Source: an uncultured Solirubrobacteraceae bacterium
GTDB lineage: Bacteria > Actinomycetota > Thermoleophilia > Solirubrobacterales > Solirubrobacteraceae
Reading direction: 5' to 3'
Assembly: GCA_963743985.1 (NCBI GenBank)
Contig: CAVUSD010000031.1
Span: 28,136 to 92,135, forward strand
DNA length: 64,000 nucleotides
Made by a program: the position numbers and the translations under genes. The notes beneath the pieces are model-generated. The model did no database searches and was not told the origin of the DNA. It was given only the letters and a program-made list of their open reading frames with translations. The stretch's first letter is position 1; every line of letters starts with the position of its first letter. Below, one piece after another: positions 1 through 8,845 of this stretch.

Positions 1-598
1 CAGTTTCGGTCTGGTAACCCTGACCCCACACGCGGCGCAATAGATGCGCATGGCTGAGCAGTTTGCCGCGGTTGGTGACCAGTTCGCGCAATAGCGAGAA
101 CTCCGTCGGTGTCAGATGGACCGGCACGCCGGCACGGGTCACCTGCTGGTTGGCGAGATCGATCACGACCGTCCCCGCGGTGATCACCCGCGGTCCGGGT
201 TCGGCCGCTCCCGCGGCACGCGTACGTCGCAGCGTCGCGGTGATCCGGGCCATCAGCTCCTCGACCGAGAACGGCTTGGTCATGTAGTCGTCGGCGCCCA
301 TGTTCAGCGCGGTCACCTTGTCGCGCTCGCCGCCACGCGCCGAGACGACGATCACCGCAACCGACGACGACTCACGGATCTGGCGGCAGAGCTCGAAGCC
401 GTCGGCCTCCGGCAGCATCAGGTCAAGCAGCACGATGTCGGGCTCCTCGGTCTCCAGCAGCCGCAACGCGCGCCGGCCATCGGCGTCGACCACGGTGTCG
501 AACCCGCGGACCGCGAGGTTGGAGCGGATCAGATCGACGATGTTCGGGTCATCCTCGACGACGAGCACCCGCGTGTGACCGGCGGCCTCGCTCGTCAT
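1..598 (-). CDS. OmpR/KdpE-family response regulator (receiver + winged helix), truncated at window edge
   Basis: Manual translation from ATG at 598: MTSEAAGHTRVLVVEDDPNIVDLIRSNL...DIVLLDLMLP...GADDYMTKPFS...HLTPTEFSLLRELVTNRGKLLSHAHLLRRVWG. The ATG overlaps the kinase stop (ATGA). Not in the ORF track. Confidence 0.93.
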   Translation of the reverse strand, partial: MTSEAAGHTRVLVVEDDPNIVDLIRSNLAVRGFDTVVDADGRRALRLLETEEPDIVLLDLMLPEADGFELCRQIRESSSVAVIVVSARGGERDKVTALNMGADDYMTKPFSVEELMARITATLRRTRAAGAAEPGPRVITAGTVVIDLANQQVTRAGVPVHLTPTEFSLLRELVTNRGKLLSHAHLLRRVWGQGYQTET

Positions 599-3225
599 CG
601 TTCGTGGGCTGCCGATGAGCTGCCGCCGGCAAGGGCATGGAGCGGCCGGTGCAGGGCGGTCGCGGCGTCGGGCGCCGTCACGCCGGCGGCGTCGGGCACT
701 ATCGCGCCGGCGGCGTCGGGCCCCGTCACGCCGGCGGCGTCAGGCGCCTCGACCGGCAACACGATTCGGAACGCCGTCCCCACCGCGACCGTGGCCAACT
801 CGATCGCGCCCTCGTGGGCACGCACGATCCCGTTGGCGATCGACAGTCCCAGGCCGGCGCCGGAACTGCGTGAGGGATGCCGCCGCGAGGCCTCGAATGG
901 CGACGCGAGGAGCGCGGCCGGGAACCCCGTCCCGTCGTCGGCGACGACGATCTCAACCTCGGAAACGGGCCGGCCGTCATCCGGCATCGCGCTGGCCGTG
1001 ACCGACACGTTCGTCCCTGCGGGGTTGTGCCTGAAGGCGTTGGAGAGCAAGTTGACGAACAGCTGCTCGAGCCGGTCGTGATCGGCCCAGATCGACGGCA
1101 GGCCGGGGCCGCAGACGATCGTCACGTGCGCCGACTCGGGAGCCGGCAGACAGTCGACCGCGGCCTCGACCACCAACCGGAGATCGCACCAGTCACGCTG
1201 CAATCGCATGACGCCCGACTCGATCGCCGAGAAGTCCAGCAGGTCGTCGACGAGCCGGCCGACGCGCGCGGACTCGGCGGCGATCCGCGCCAGGAACCGA
1301 CGCTGGGATTCGGGGTCCCAGGTCACATCGGGCGCCATCAGGCTCGACGCGTAGCCGCGGATCGCCGTCAACGGGGTGCGCAGCTCGTGGCTCAGCCGGG
1401 ACAGGAAGCCGCGCTGCAGTTCGCGCGACCGTCGCAACGCCGCCGCCTCCTGATGCGCGATCCCGGCCGCCTCACGCTCCAGCGCCAGCCGCAGCGAATG
1501 GGCCGCGTTCTCCAGCAGCGCGGTCTCCTGCTCGGTGACGACCTGCGATTCCCATCGCGCCAGCAGCGCCGTCGGGCCGGCCGGACCGTCGAACGGGACG
1601 ATCAGCACCCGTCGGCCGCCGCCGCAGCCGGCCGCTCGAGCGGTCCCGTCGCGCCGCTCGGCGAACGCCTGCTCGGCCGCGACGACGAGTTCCGTCGACG
1701 CGCGCTCGGGCTCGGTGTCGCCCGCACCAGCGCACGCCCGCCAGAGCGCCTCGCCCGCCTCGCCGCGCGTCACGAGCGCCACCTCGTCGCATTCGAGACC
1801 GCGGCAGAGCGAATGCAGCGCGATCAGCAGGCCATCGGCGACGGTGACGGGCCCGGCCAGCGTCTCGAGCATCTCGCGGGTCGTCTCGAGCACGCGGTTG
1901 CGAGCCGTCACCTGGCGCAGCAGCCGCTCACGCTCGACCGCCCCGGCCGCATATCCGGCATACAGCGACAGCAGGTCGAGCTGGTCGCGTCCCGGCCCGC
2001 CCCGCGCCGAGCTGAACGCGGTGATCACCGCGCTGACGCCGTCGGGCCCCAGCACGGGCGTCGACCAGGCGGACGCGATCGGTGCGTCGGATCCCGTCTG
2101 CAGACCCGGCCAGTCGTGATCACCCGGGTCGTCGCAGACCACCAGTTCGCCGGCCTGCGCCGCGCGTCCGGCGAGGCCGCCGGCTTCGCCGACCGGCAGC
2201 CGTGACCAGACCGCGATCTCTGACTCCGTGAACCCGAGCGCCGCCTCGCACTCCAGCGCGCCGCCGTCGGCGACGTGAATGCAGAGTCGTGGCACGCTCA
2301 GCGCGGACCCGAGCGCAGACAGGATCAACGACAGGCTCGAGGCCGGGTCGGCCGATACCAGACGGTCGGCGAGGCTGTGCAGTCGCGTCAGCTGCCGTCG
2401 GGCTGACGAATCGACCCGCTGGCCCGATTGCAGTGCCGCGATGTCATCCGGATGGCTCGCGTGGGGGTCGAGCTCGCCGACCACCTCCCCGTGTCGCAGT
2501 ACCACGATCCGATCGGCAATCCGGAACATCTGCTCGGGGTCCCGGCTGACCATCAGCACGGTGGTTCCCTGCTCGCGCAGCCGCGTGATCAGGTCCTCGA
2601 CATCCGCGGTCTCGGCCGCGCCGAGCGCCGCGGTGGGCTCGTCGAGCACGAGCAGCTGCGGCCGGCTCGTCAGCGCCCGCGCCACCGCGATCAGGTGTCG
2701 CTGACCGTCGGGCAGCTCGCCGACCAGCCGGGTCGTGTCCCGGATCGGGATCCGCAGGTCCTTGAGCACGTCGGCGGCGGCGATCTGAAAGCGCAGGTCC
2801 GACGACATCAGGCGTCGCGTCTCGGAGCCCAGCAGCACGTTGCCGGCGATGTCGAGGTTGTCGCACAGCGCCAGGTCCTGCCAGACGACGGCGACACCGC
2901 GGCGGCGGGCGGCGGCCGGATCGGGCGGGAGCGTGCGGCCGGCGACCACGATCTCCCCCGAGGTCGGCGCGAGATCGCCGGCGACGCAGCGCACGAGCGT
3001 CGTCTTGCCGGCACCGGGCTCACCGGCGAGCGCCAGCAGTTCGCCGGTACGGAGCGTCAGATCGACGTCGCGCAGTACCTGGTGGCCGCCGAGTTCGACG
3101 CTCAGCTGCGACGTGTGCAATACGACGGCGTCACGACCGGCCCCGACACCGTTGTCGGCTGCTCCGCGGCCGTAATGGCGCCGGGATTTCGGTCCGATAC
3201 GACGATTTCTTCCGCGCGTTACCAC
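595..3225 (-). CDS. Fusion: sugar-type ABC ATPase domain + GAF-like domains + HisKA/HATPase_c histidine kinase
   Basis: Walker A GEPGAGKTT, Q-loop WQDLAL, Walker B LLVLDEPT. H-box SHELRTPL, N-box FVNLLSNA, DDGTG, GAGLGL. No hydrophobic TM stretch. Start codon uncertain. Confidence 0.88.
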   Translation of the reverse strand: MVTRGRNRRIGPKSRRHYGRGAADNGVGAGRDAVVLHTSQLSVELGGHQVLRDVDLTLRTGELLALAGEPGAGKTTLVRCVAGDLAPTSGEIVVAGRTLPPDPAAARRRGVAVVWQDLALCDNLDIAGNVLLGSETRRLMSSDLRFQIAAADVLKDLRIPIRDTTRLVGELPDGQRHLIAVARALTSRPQLLVLDEPTAALGAAETADVEDLITRLREQGTTVLMVSRDPEQMFRIADRIVVLRHGEVVGELDPHASHPDDIAALQSGQRVDSSARRQLTRLHSLADRLVSADPASSLSLILSALGSALSVPRLCIHVADGGALECEAALGFTESEIAVWSRLPVGEAGGLAGRAAQAGELVVCDDPGDHDWPGLQTGSDAPIASAWSTPVLGPDGVSAVITAFSSARGGPGRDQLDLLSLYAGYAAGAVERERLLRQVTARNRVLETTREMLETLAGPVTVADGLLIALHSLCRGLECDEVALVTRGEAGEALWRACAGAGDTEPERASTELVVAAEQAFAERRDGTARAAGCGGGRRVLIVPFDGPAGPTALLARWESQVVTEQETALLENAAHSLRLALEREAAGIAHQEAAALRRSRELQRGFLSRLSHELRTPLTAIRGYASSLMAPDVTWDPESQRRFLARIAAESARVGRLVDDLLDFSAIESGVMRLQRDWCDLRLVVEAAVDCLPAPESAHVTIVCGPGLPSIWADHDRLEQLFVNLLSNAFRHNPAGTNVSVTASAMPDDGRPVSEVEIVVADDGTGFPAALLASPFEASRRHPSRSSGAGLGLSIANGIVRAHEGAIELATVAVGTAFRIVLPVEAPDAAGVTGPDAAGAIVPDAAGVTAPDAATALHRPLHALAGGSSSAAHER
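661..744 (-). repeat. 24-nt tandem repeat encoding PDAAG(V/A)xx, about 3.5 copies, in the kinase C-tail
   Basis: PDAAGVTG PDAAGAIV PDAAGVTA PDAA; ggcggcgtcggg-type units recur at 24-nt spacing. Confidence 0.8.
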
Positions 3226-3333
3226 GGCCCGACGATACCCGGTCGGCTCCTCGGGCCCCGACGCACGACGGTTACCGGTCGGCGTTCACGCGGGGGTAGC
3301 ACGGCCGCTTGACCGCACGGTAGGCTTTCAGCC

Positions 3334-3534
3334 GTGATCGCCCACGACATTCTGCAGCCGCTGCACCTGCTGCTGATCCTGCTTGCGGTGCTGATCGTGC
3401 TCGGTCCCAAGCGACTGCCGAGCGCGAGCCGTGCCGTCGGCCGCTCGATCCGTGAGTTCCGATCGGCGACGTCGCTCGAGGCGCCCGCCAAGGCGACCAC
3501 CGAGCCGTCAGATTCGGTCGACCGCGCCGCCTGA
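3334..3534 (+). CDS. tatA: Twin-arginine translocase TatA/TatE family subunit
   Basis: Hydrophobic N-helix then LGPKRLP...GRSIREFR; TAGGCT -10-like element just upstream of the GTG. Confidence 0.85.
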   Translation: MIAHDILQPLHLLLILLAVLIVLGPKRLPSASRAVGRSIREFRSATSLEAPAKATTEPSDSVDRAA

Positions 3535-3936
3535 CGCGGAGCTCAGCAGGCTGAAGCACATCCGGATGTCGGTGCCACCCTCAGTCCGCGGGGCGAGCGT
3601 CATCTGATCAGATAGTTCGCAGATCAGCGCGAGCCCGAACCCGAGTCCGCCGCCGCTCGTCCGCTCGCGATGCACCCCGCAGCCGTCGTCTGAGACGACG
3701 ACCTCGAGCACGTCCTCTCCCACCAGGGCACGCACTCTGACCTCGCCCGGATCGGCCGGATAGGCATGCCGGACCGCGTTGGTCACCGCCTCGGACACGG
3801 CGAGCCGCACACCGTCGACCAAGGTCGGCGAGGCGCCCGCACCGGATGCGAAACGGGCCATCTCGGCGCGCGCTTGGCCAACCGATTCGGGATCGGCCTC
3901 ATAGCGGCGGGCAAAGGTGTGGGTCACACTCCCCAT
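3508..3936 (-). CDS. RsbW/SpoIIAB-like anti-sigma factor Ser/Thr kinase (HATPase_c_2)
   Basis: LAVSEAVTNAVRHAY, VSDDGCG, GLGFGLALI motifs. Confidence 0.88.
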   Translation of the reverse strand: MGSVTHTFARRYEADPESVGQARAEMARFASGAGASPTLVDGVRLAVSEAVTNAVRHAYPADPGEVRVRALVGEDVLEVVVSDDGCGVHRERTSGGGLGFGLALICELSDQMTLAPRTEGGTDIRMCFSLLSSASGGAVDRI

Positions 3937-4011
3937 GTTGCGGTCCTACCCCGGCGGCCACGAAGATACGCCGAATTACTGATTGTCTGACGGTTGCCGG
4001 GCGCGGTCACG

Positions 4012-4046
4012 AACCTTGCCATGACTGTGTCAAGGTTTGCTAGGGT
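4012..4046 (+). promoter_or_regulatory. Putative metH promoter (TTGCCA-N19-TAGGGT) overlapped by the dyad AACCTTG-N12-CAAGGTT
   Basis: gaaccttgccatgactgtgtcaaggtttgctagggt; the ATG at 4054 lies 7 nt after the -10. Confidence 0.5.
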
Positions 4047-4053
4047 CGCCGGA

Positions 4054-7000
4054 ATGCGCGACTTTCCGGCGGCGACGCGTGAGCGAACGATCGTGTTCGA
4101 CGGCGGAATGGGCGCCACCCTCGAGCAGTTCGACCTCAGCCTCGAAGACGATTACCGCCTCCCCGGCCGCTGCCACGAGGCGCTCGTGCTCAATCGACCG
4201 GACGTGATCGAGGGCGTGCACACGTCGATGATCGACGCGGGCGCCGAGGTCCTGGAGACCGACACCTTCCAGGCATCCCGGCTCAAGCTCGCCGAATGGG
4301 GTCTCGAGGATCACACGCGGGAGATCAACGTCCGCGCCGCGCAGATCGCCCGGCGCGCTGCCGGCGATCGGAAGTTCGTCGCCGGCTCGATCGGCCCGAC
4401 CGGCTTCCTGCCGGCCTCCGATGACGCGACGCTCGGCCAGATCGGCTTCCGCCAGCTGCGCGAGGTGTTCGCCGAACAGGCGGCCGGGTTGCTGGAGGGC
4501 GGCGTCGATCTGATCATCATCGAGACGACGCAGGACATCTTGGAATTGAAGGCGGCGGTGTTCGGCATCCGCGAGGCGGGCCAGGCGGCCGGCCGGCCGG
4601 TCCCGATCATGTGCAGCGTGTCGCTGCTGCCACAGGGCGGCAAGATGCTGCTTGGGACCGACATCAGCTCCGTGCTGGCCACGCTCGAGGCGCTCAAGGT
4701 CGACGTGGTGGGGCTCAACTGCTCGACCGGGCCCGAGGACATGCGTGATGCGATCCGCTTCCTCGGCGAGTTCAGCTCGGTGCCGGTCCATTGCATCCCC
4801 AACGCCGGGCTGCCGCTCCAGGGCCCCAACGGCGAGACGATCTTCCCGGAGAAGCCCGGCCCCCTGGCCGACGTGCTCGGCGAGTTCGTCGACCGCTATG
4901 GCGTCTCGATCGTCGGCGGCTGCTGCGGAACCACCCCGGAGCACATCGCCGCCATCGCCGAGCGCGTCCGTGGACACGAGGTCGCTCCCCGCCCGGCGCG
5001 CCGGCCGGCCCACGTCAGTTCGATGATCGCGGCGACGCCGCTGGTGCAGGCGCCGCGTCCGACGCTGATCGGCGAGCGCGTCAACTCGCAGGGCTCGCGC
5101 AAGGCCAAGGAGATGCTGCTGGCCGACGACTACGACGGGCTGATGACGGTCGCCGAGGATCAGGTCACCGGCGGCGCCCACGTGCTCGACATCTGCGTGG
5201 CGCTGACCGAGCGCCAGGACGAGGCCGAGCAGATGCGCCGGGTCGTCAAGGGCGTGTCGCTCTCGCAACCGGCGCCGATCCAGATCGATTCGACCGAGCC
5301 CGACGTGATCGAGACGGCGCTGGAGCAGATCCCGGGCCGCGCGATCGTCAACAGCGTCAACCTCGAGGCCGGCCGCGACAAGCTCGACCGGGTCGTGCCG
5401 GTGGTCAAGGCCCACGGCGCGGCGTTGATCGCGCTCACGATCGACGAGGTCGGGATGGCGAAGACCGCCGAGCGCAAGCTCGAGGTGGCGCGGCGGATCA
5501 CGGAGCTGTGCTGCGACGAGCACGGGCTCGACCGCGACGCGCTGATCTTCGACTGCCTGACGTTCACGCTGACGACCGGCGACCCTGAGTGGCGGCCGTC
5601 AGCGGTGGCGACGATCGAGGGGATCCGCGCGATCAAGGCCTCGCTGCCGGGGGTGCAGACCTCGCTGGGCGTCTCGAACGTCTCCTTCGGCGTCGGCGTG
5701 CCCGCCCGCAGCGTGCTCAACAGCGTATTCCTGCACCACTGCGTGGACGCGGGGCTTGACCTGGCGATGGTCAACCCCAACCACATCACCCCGTACTCCG
5801 AGATTCCCGATCTCGAGCGAGAGCTCGCCGACGACCTCGTGTTCGACCGCCGCGACGACGCGCTCGAGCGGTTCATCGCGCATTTCGAGTCCAAGGGGGC
5901 GTCGGACGGCGATGCCAGCGACTCGAAGGTGGACCCGACCGAGGGGATGGAGCCCGAGGAGGCGTTGCACTTCCACATCCTGCGCCGCAAGAAGGAGGGC
6001 GTCGAGGACTGGATCGACGCTGCCGTCGAGAAGATCGGAGCGGTACCGACGCTCAACACCGTGCTGCTGCCCGCGATGAAGGAGGTCGGCGACAAGTTCG
6101 GCGCCGGCGAACTGATCCTCCCGTTCGTGCTGCAGTCGGCCGAGGTGATGAAGAAGGCCGTCGCTCGCCTGGAGAACTACCTGGACAAGCTCGAGGGCTA
6201 CACGAAGGGCACGGTCGTGCTCGCGACCGTGTTTGGCGACGTCCACGACATCGGCAAGTCGCTGGTCAACACGATCCTGACCAACAACGGCTACACGGTG
6301 GTCGACCTCGGCAAGCAGGTGCCGATCTCGACGATCCTCGAGGCCGCGGTCGAGCACGACGCGACCGCGATCGGACTGTCGGCGCTGCTCGTCTCGACCT
6401 CCAAGCAGATGCCGGCGGCCGTCCAGGAGCTGCACTCACGCGGACTGCCGTATCCGGTCCTGATCGGCGGCGCCGCGATCAACCGCAACTTCAGCCTGCG
6501 AATCCTCTACCCCGACGGCGCCGAGACCGACGACGTCTACGAGCCTGGCGTCTTCTATTGCAAGGACGCGTTCGAGGGCCTGGCGAAGATGGATCAGCTG
6601 ATCGAGCCCGACGGTCGCTCGGCACTGGTGGTCGACCTCCGGGCCGCCGCCAAACGGCTGCGTGACCAGCCGGTCGCGCCTGCCGACGACGCCCCGCCGG
6701 TCACCGATGCCTCGGTCCGGAGCGCCGCGTCGACCGAGGTCGAGATCCCGTCGCCGCCGTTCTGGGGCGTCCGTGAGCTCGACGTCCCGATGGATGAGAT
6801 CTACCGCCACCTCGACACCCATGTGCTGTTCAAGCTGCACTGGGGCGGGCGCGGCGTCAAGGGCGACGCCTGGGCCGAGCTCGTCCGTGACAACTTCAAG
6901 CCGCGGCTCGAGCGCATGTGGCGCGAGCAGTCCTATCTGCATCCGCGGGCGCTGCTCGGCTACTTCCCGTGCAACGCCGACGGCAACGAGCTGATCGTGT

Positions 7001-7656
7001 GGGATCCAGTTGATTTTGATCCCGCCCACCCCGTCGAACTGGAGCGGCTCGTGTTTCCGCGCCAGCCCCGCCACGACCGCATCTGCCTGGCCGACTTCTA
7101 CCGGCCGCTGGACTCCGGCGTCTGTGACGTCGTCGCGTTGCAGGCGGTCACCGCGGGTGCTGAGGTGACCGATCTGATGGCTGCTTTGGAGGCCGATGGC
7201 GAGTTCGCCGAGCAGCTGTTCGTCCACGGGCTCGGCGTGCAGACCGCCGAGGGGATGGCGGAGTGGGCCCATGGGCAGGTCCGGAGTGGTTTCGGGATCC
7301 CATCGTCACAGGGCCGCCGGTACTCCTGGGGTTATCCCTCGTGTCCGGAACAGGCCGAGCTCGAGAAGGTCTTCCGGTTGCTCGATGCCCCGTCGATCGG
7401 CCTGTCGCTGAGCGGCGGCTTCGCCGTCGAACCCGAGCAGTCGACGCTGGCGATCGTCGCCCACCACCCGCAGGCGATCTACTTCGGGATGCGCTCGGGT
7501 CGCCTGCAGCCGATCGAGCGGACCGCCGGCGACGAGCTGATCGCCGGTACCGAGCGTGACCCGACGCTGCTCTCCGACCTCCCGGACGCCGACCCCACGC
7601 TTGCGGCCGCCGCGGCTGACGAAGGCGAGCGCGACCGGGTCCCGGCTCAAGCTTAG
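4054..7656 (+). CDS. metH: Cobalamin-dependent methionine synthase
   Basis: FDGGMG, GLNCS, GGCCGTTPEHI, pterin domain IGERVN, B12 motif GDVHDIGK, activation domain RYSWGYPSCP. ATG 4054 preferred over TTG 3994. Confidence 0.97.
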   Translation: MRDFPAATRERTIVFDGGMGATLEQFDLSLEDDYRLPGRCHEALVLNRPDVIEGVHTSMIDAGAEVLETDTFQASRLKLAEWGLEDHTREINVRAAQIARRAAGDRKFVAGSIGPTGFLPASDDATLGQIGFRQLREVFAEQAAGLLEGGVDLIIIETTQDILELKAAVFGIREAGQAAGRPVPIMCSVSLLPQGGKMLLGTDISSVLATLEALKVDVVGLNCSTGPEDMRDAIRFLGEFSSVPVHCIPNAGLPLQGPNGETIFPEKPGPLADVLGEFVDRYGVSIVGGCCGTTPEHIAAIAERVRGHEVAPRPARRPAHVSSMIAATPLVQAPRPTLIGERVNSQGSRKAKEMLLADDYDGLMTVAEDQVTGGAHVLDICVALTERQDEAEQMRRVVKGVSLSQPAPIQIDSTEPDVIETALEQIPGRAIVNSVNLEAGRDKLDRVVPVVKAHGAALIALTIDEVGMAKTAERKLEVARRITELCCDEHGLDRDALIFDCLTFTLTTGDPEWRPSAVATIEGIRAIKASLPGVQTSLGVSNVSFGVGVPARSVLNSVFLHHCVDAGLDLAMVNPNHITPYSEIPDLERELADDLVFDRRDDALERFIAHFESKGASDGDASDSKVDPTEGMEPEEALHFHILRRKKEGVEDWIDAAVEKIGAVPTLNTVLLPAMKEVGDKFGAGELILPFVLQSAEVMKKAVARLENYLDKLEGYTKGTVVLATVFGDVHDIGKSLVNTILTNNGYTVVDLGKQVPISTILEAAVEHDATAIGLSALLVSTSKQMPAAVQELHSRGLPYPVLIGGAAINRNFSLRILYPDGAETDDVYEPGVFYCKDAFEGLAKMDQLIEPDGRSALVVDLRAAAKRLRDQPVAPADDAPPVTDASVRSAASTEVEIPSPPFWGVRELDVPMDEIYRHLDTHVLFKLHWGGRGVKGDAWAELVRDNFKPRLERMWREQSYLHPRALLGYFPCNADGNELIVWDPVDFDPAHPVELERLVFPRQPRHDRICLADFYRPLDSGVCDVVALQAVTAGAEVTDLMAALEADGEFAEQLFVHGLGVQTAEGMAEWAHGQVRSGFGIPSSQGRRYSWGYPSCPEQAELEKVFRLLDAPSIGLSLSGGFAVEPEQSTLAIVAHHPQAIYFGMRSGRLQPIERTAGDELIAGTERDPTLLSDLPDADPTLAAAAADEGERDRVPAQA

Positions 7657-7664
7657 GTTCAGGG

Positions 7665-8657
7665 TTAGGGTGGCGGATCGGCGGGGCGTCGTCCGCCGGT
7701 TGGCAGGCGCGGCGCAAGCAGCTCCCACACGATCGCGACCACTTCGTCGGGGTTGCCGTCGAGGTGCTCGTCGTCGACGCGCAGCACCTCCCATTTCGCG
7801 CGTTTGAGTCGTTGATCACGGCGATTGTCACGCCGGCGCTTGTGGACGGGAGCGTGGTATCGGCCGCCGTCGACCTCCAGGTCGAACGTCGCCTCGGGCC
7901 AGGCAAAGTCGGCGCGGATCAGCGGTCCGCCATCGCCGGGGTCGATGTGAAACTGCGTCCGCGGACGAGGCGGCCCCGTCGGCCACCAGATCGCGACGAA
8001 CAGCTCCTCGAGGTCTGAGTCGGTCAGACCCGCACGGTCTGGGCCCAGCGCCGCGCGCAGTACGGGCGCGCCAGGGTGCCTCGGGTTGCGCTTGAGCTGG
8101 TCGGTAACTGCCCTGAGGTCGAACACTTCTTGAGTGACGGCCTCGTTGATCACCCGCTCCACCGCCCGTTGGTCGACCACCGCCGCCAGGTCGAGGAGCG
8201 TGCGCGCCAAGGTCGTGACCGGGATCGCTTCGACCCAGGTTACGTCCCGGTTGGTCAGCGTCACCGACCGGTGCACATCAACGCTCGAAACCGTCCGGCT
8301 CGAGGCGCTCGGCACGATCACGTCGATGCGTTCTCGAGCTGTGGGGCGCAGCCCGTGCAGGTGCGCCGCAGATCGATGTGACAGCGCCGCCCCCGGTCCG
8401 GACGCCAGCACGGCCGCCATCCACCACCCCTCGCGGCTGAGCAACGACCCCGGTACGAGCGCATAGACGCCTCGATGGATCCGAAACAGCCGTCCCGCCG
8501 CCGCGCGCTTCTGCACGGCGTTCGTCGTCAACCCCGATGCCCGCAACTGATCGAGCCCGAACACCGCATGCTGGCCAACGCCGAGCTGCGGCACCGTGGC
8601 CGCTAAGACGCCATATAGGCGTGTTTCCCGCCTCGCAAACGACATGACGTCCAGCAT
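7665..8657 (-). CDS. AbiEi antitoxin-like N-terminal domain + DUF559/Vsr-like endonuclease-fold protein
   Basis: QHAVF...GRLFRIHRGVY, LSHRSAAHLHGL, TTLARTLLDLA, RADFAWP..LEVDG..YH..D..RDQRL..W.VLRV. Confidence 0.8.
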   Translation of the reverse strand: MLDVMSFARRETRLYGVLAATVPQLGVGQHAVFGLDQLRASGLTTNAVQKRAAAGRLFRIHRGVYALVPGSLLSREGWWMAAVLASGPGAALSHRSAAHLHGLRPTARERIDVIVPSASSRTVSSVDVHRSVTLTNRDVTWVEAIPVTTLARTLLDLAAVVDQRAVERVINEAVTQEVFDLRAVTDQLKRNPRHPGAPVLRAALGPDRAGLTDSDLEELFVAIWWPTGPPRPRTQFHIDPGDGGPLIRADFAWPEATFDLEVDGGRYHAPVHKRRRDNRRDQRLKRAKWEVLRVDDEHLDGNPDEVVAIVWELLAPRLPTGGRRPADPPP

Positions 8658-8845
8658 CGCGAAGATCCCGTGACACGTGGGTGACAGACGTGGCGGCTGT
8701 GTTCCAAGTCGGTCACGCCGGCGTCACGATCGGCCCTGGGAGCCAAGGCGCTGAGGACCAACGCGCCCCAGGACCCAGCAGGCGATCACCCAGGCGCCCG
8801 GCCTCAGCCCGCGAGGGCGACCCGGCGCCCGCTACCGCGCCGGGT

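Noticed and set aside
3937-4053. Cobalamin or SAM riboswitch upstream of metH
   Set aside because: Region is short, lacks the conserved boxes, and the promoter appears to abut the start codon.
7653-7672. Telomere-like TTAGG/TTAGGG run
   Set aside because: Only about three degenerate units at the junction of two stop codons; consistent with chance.
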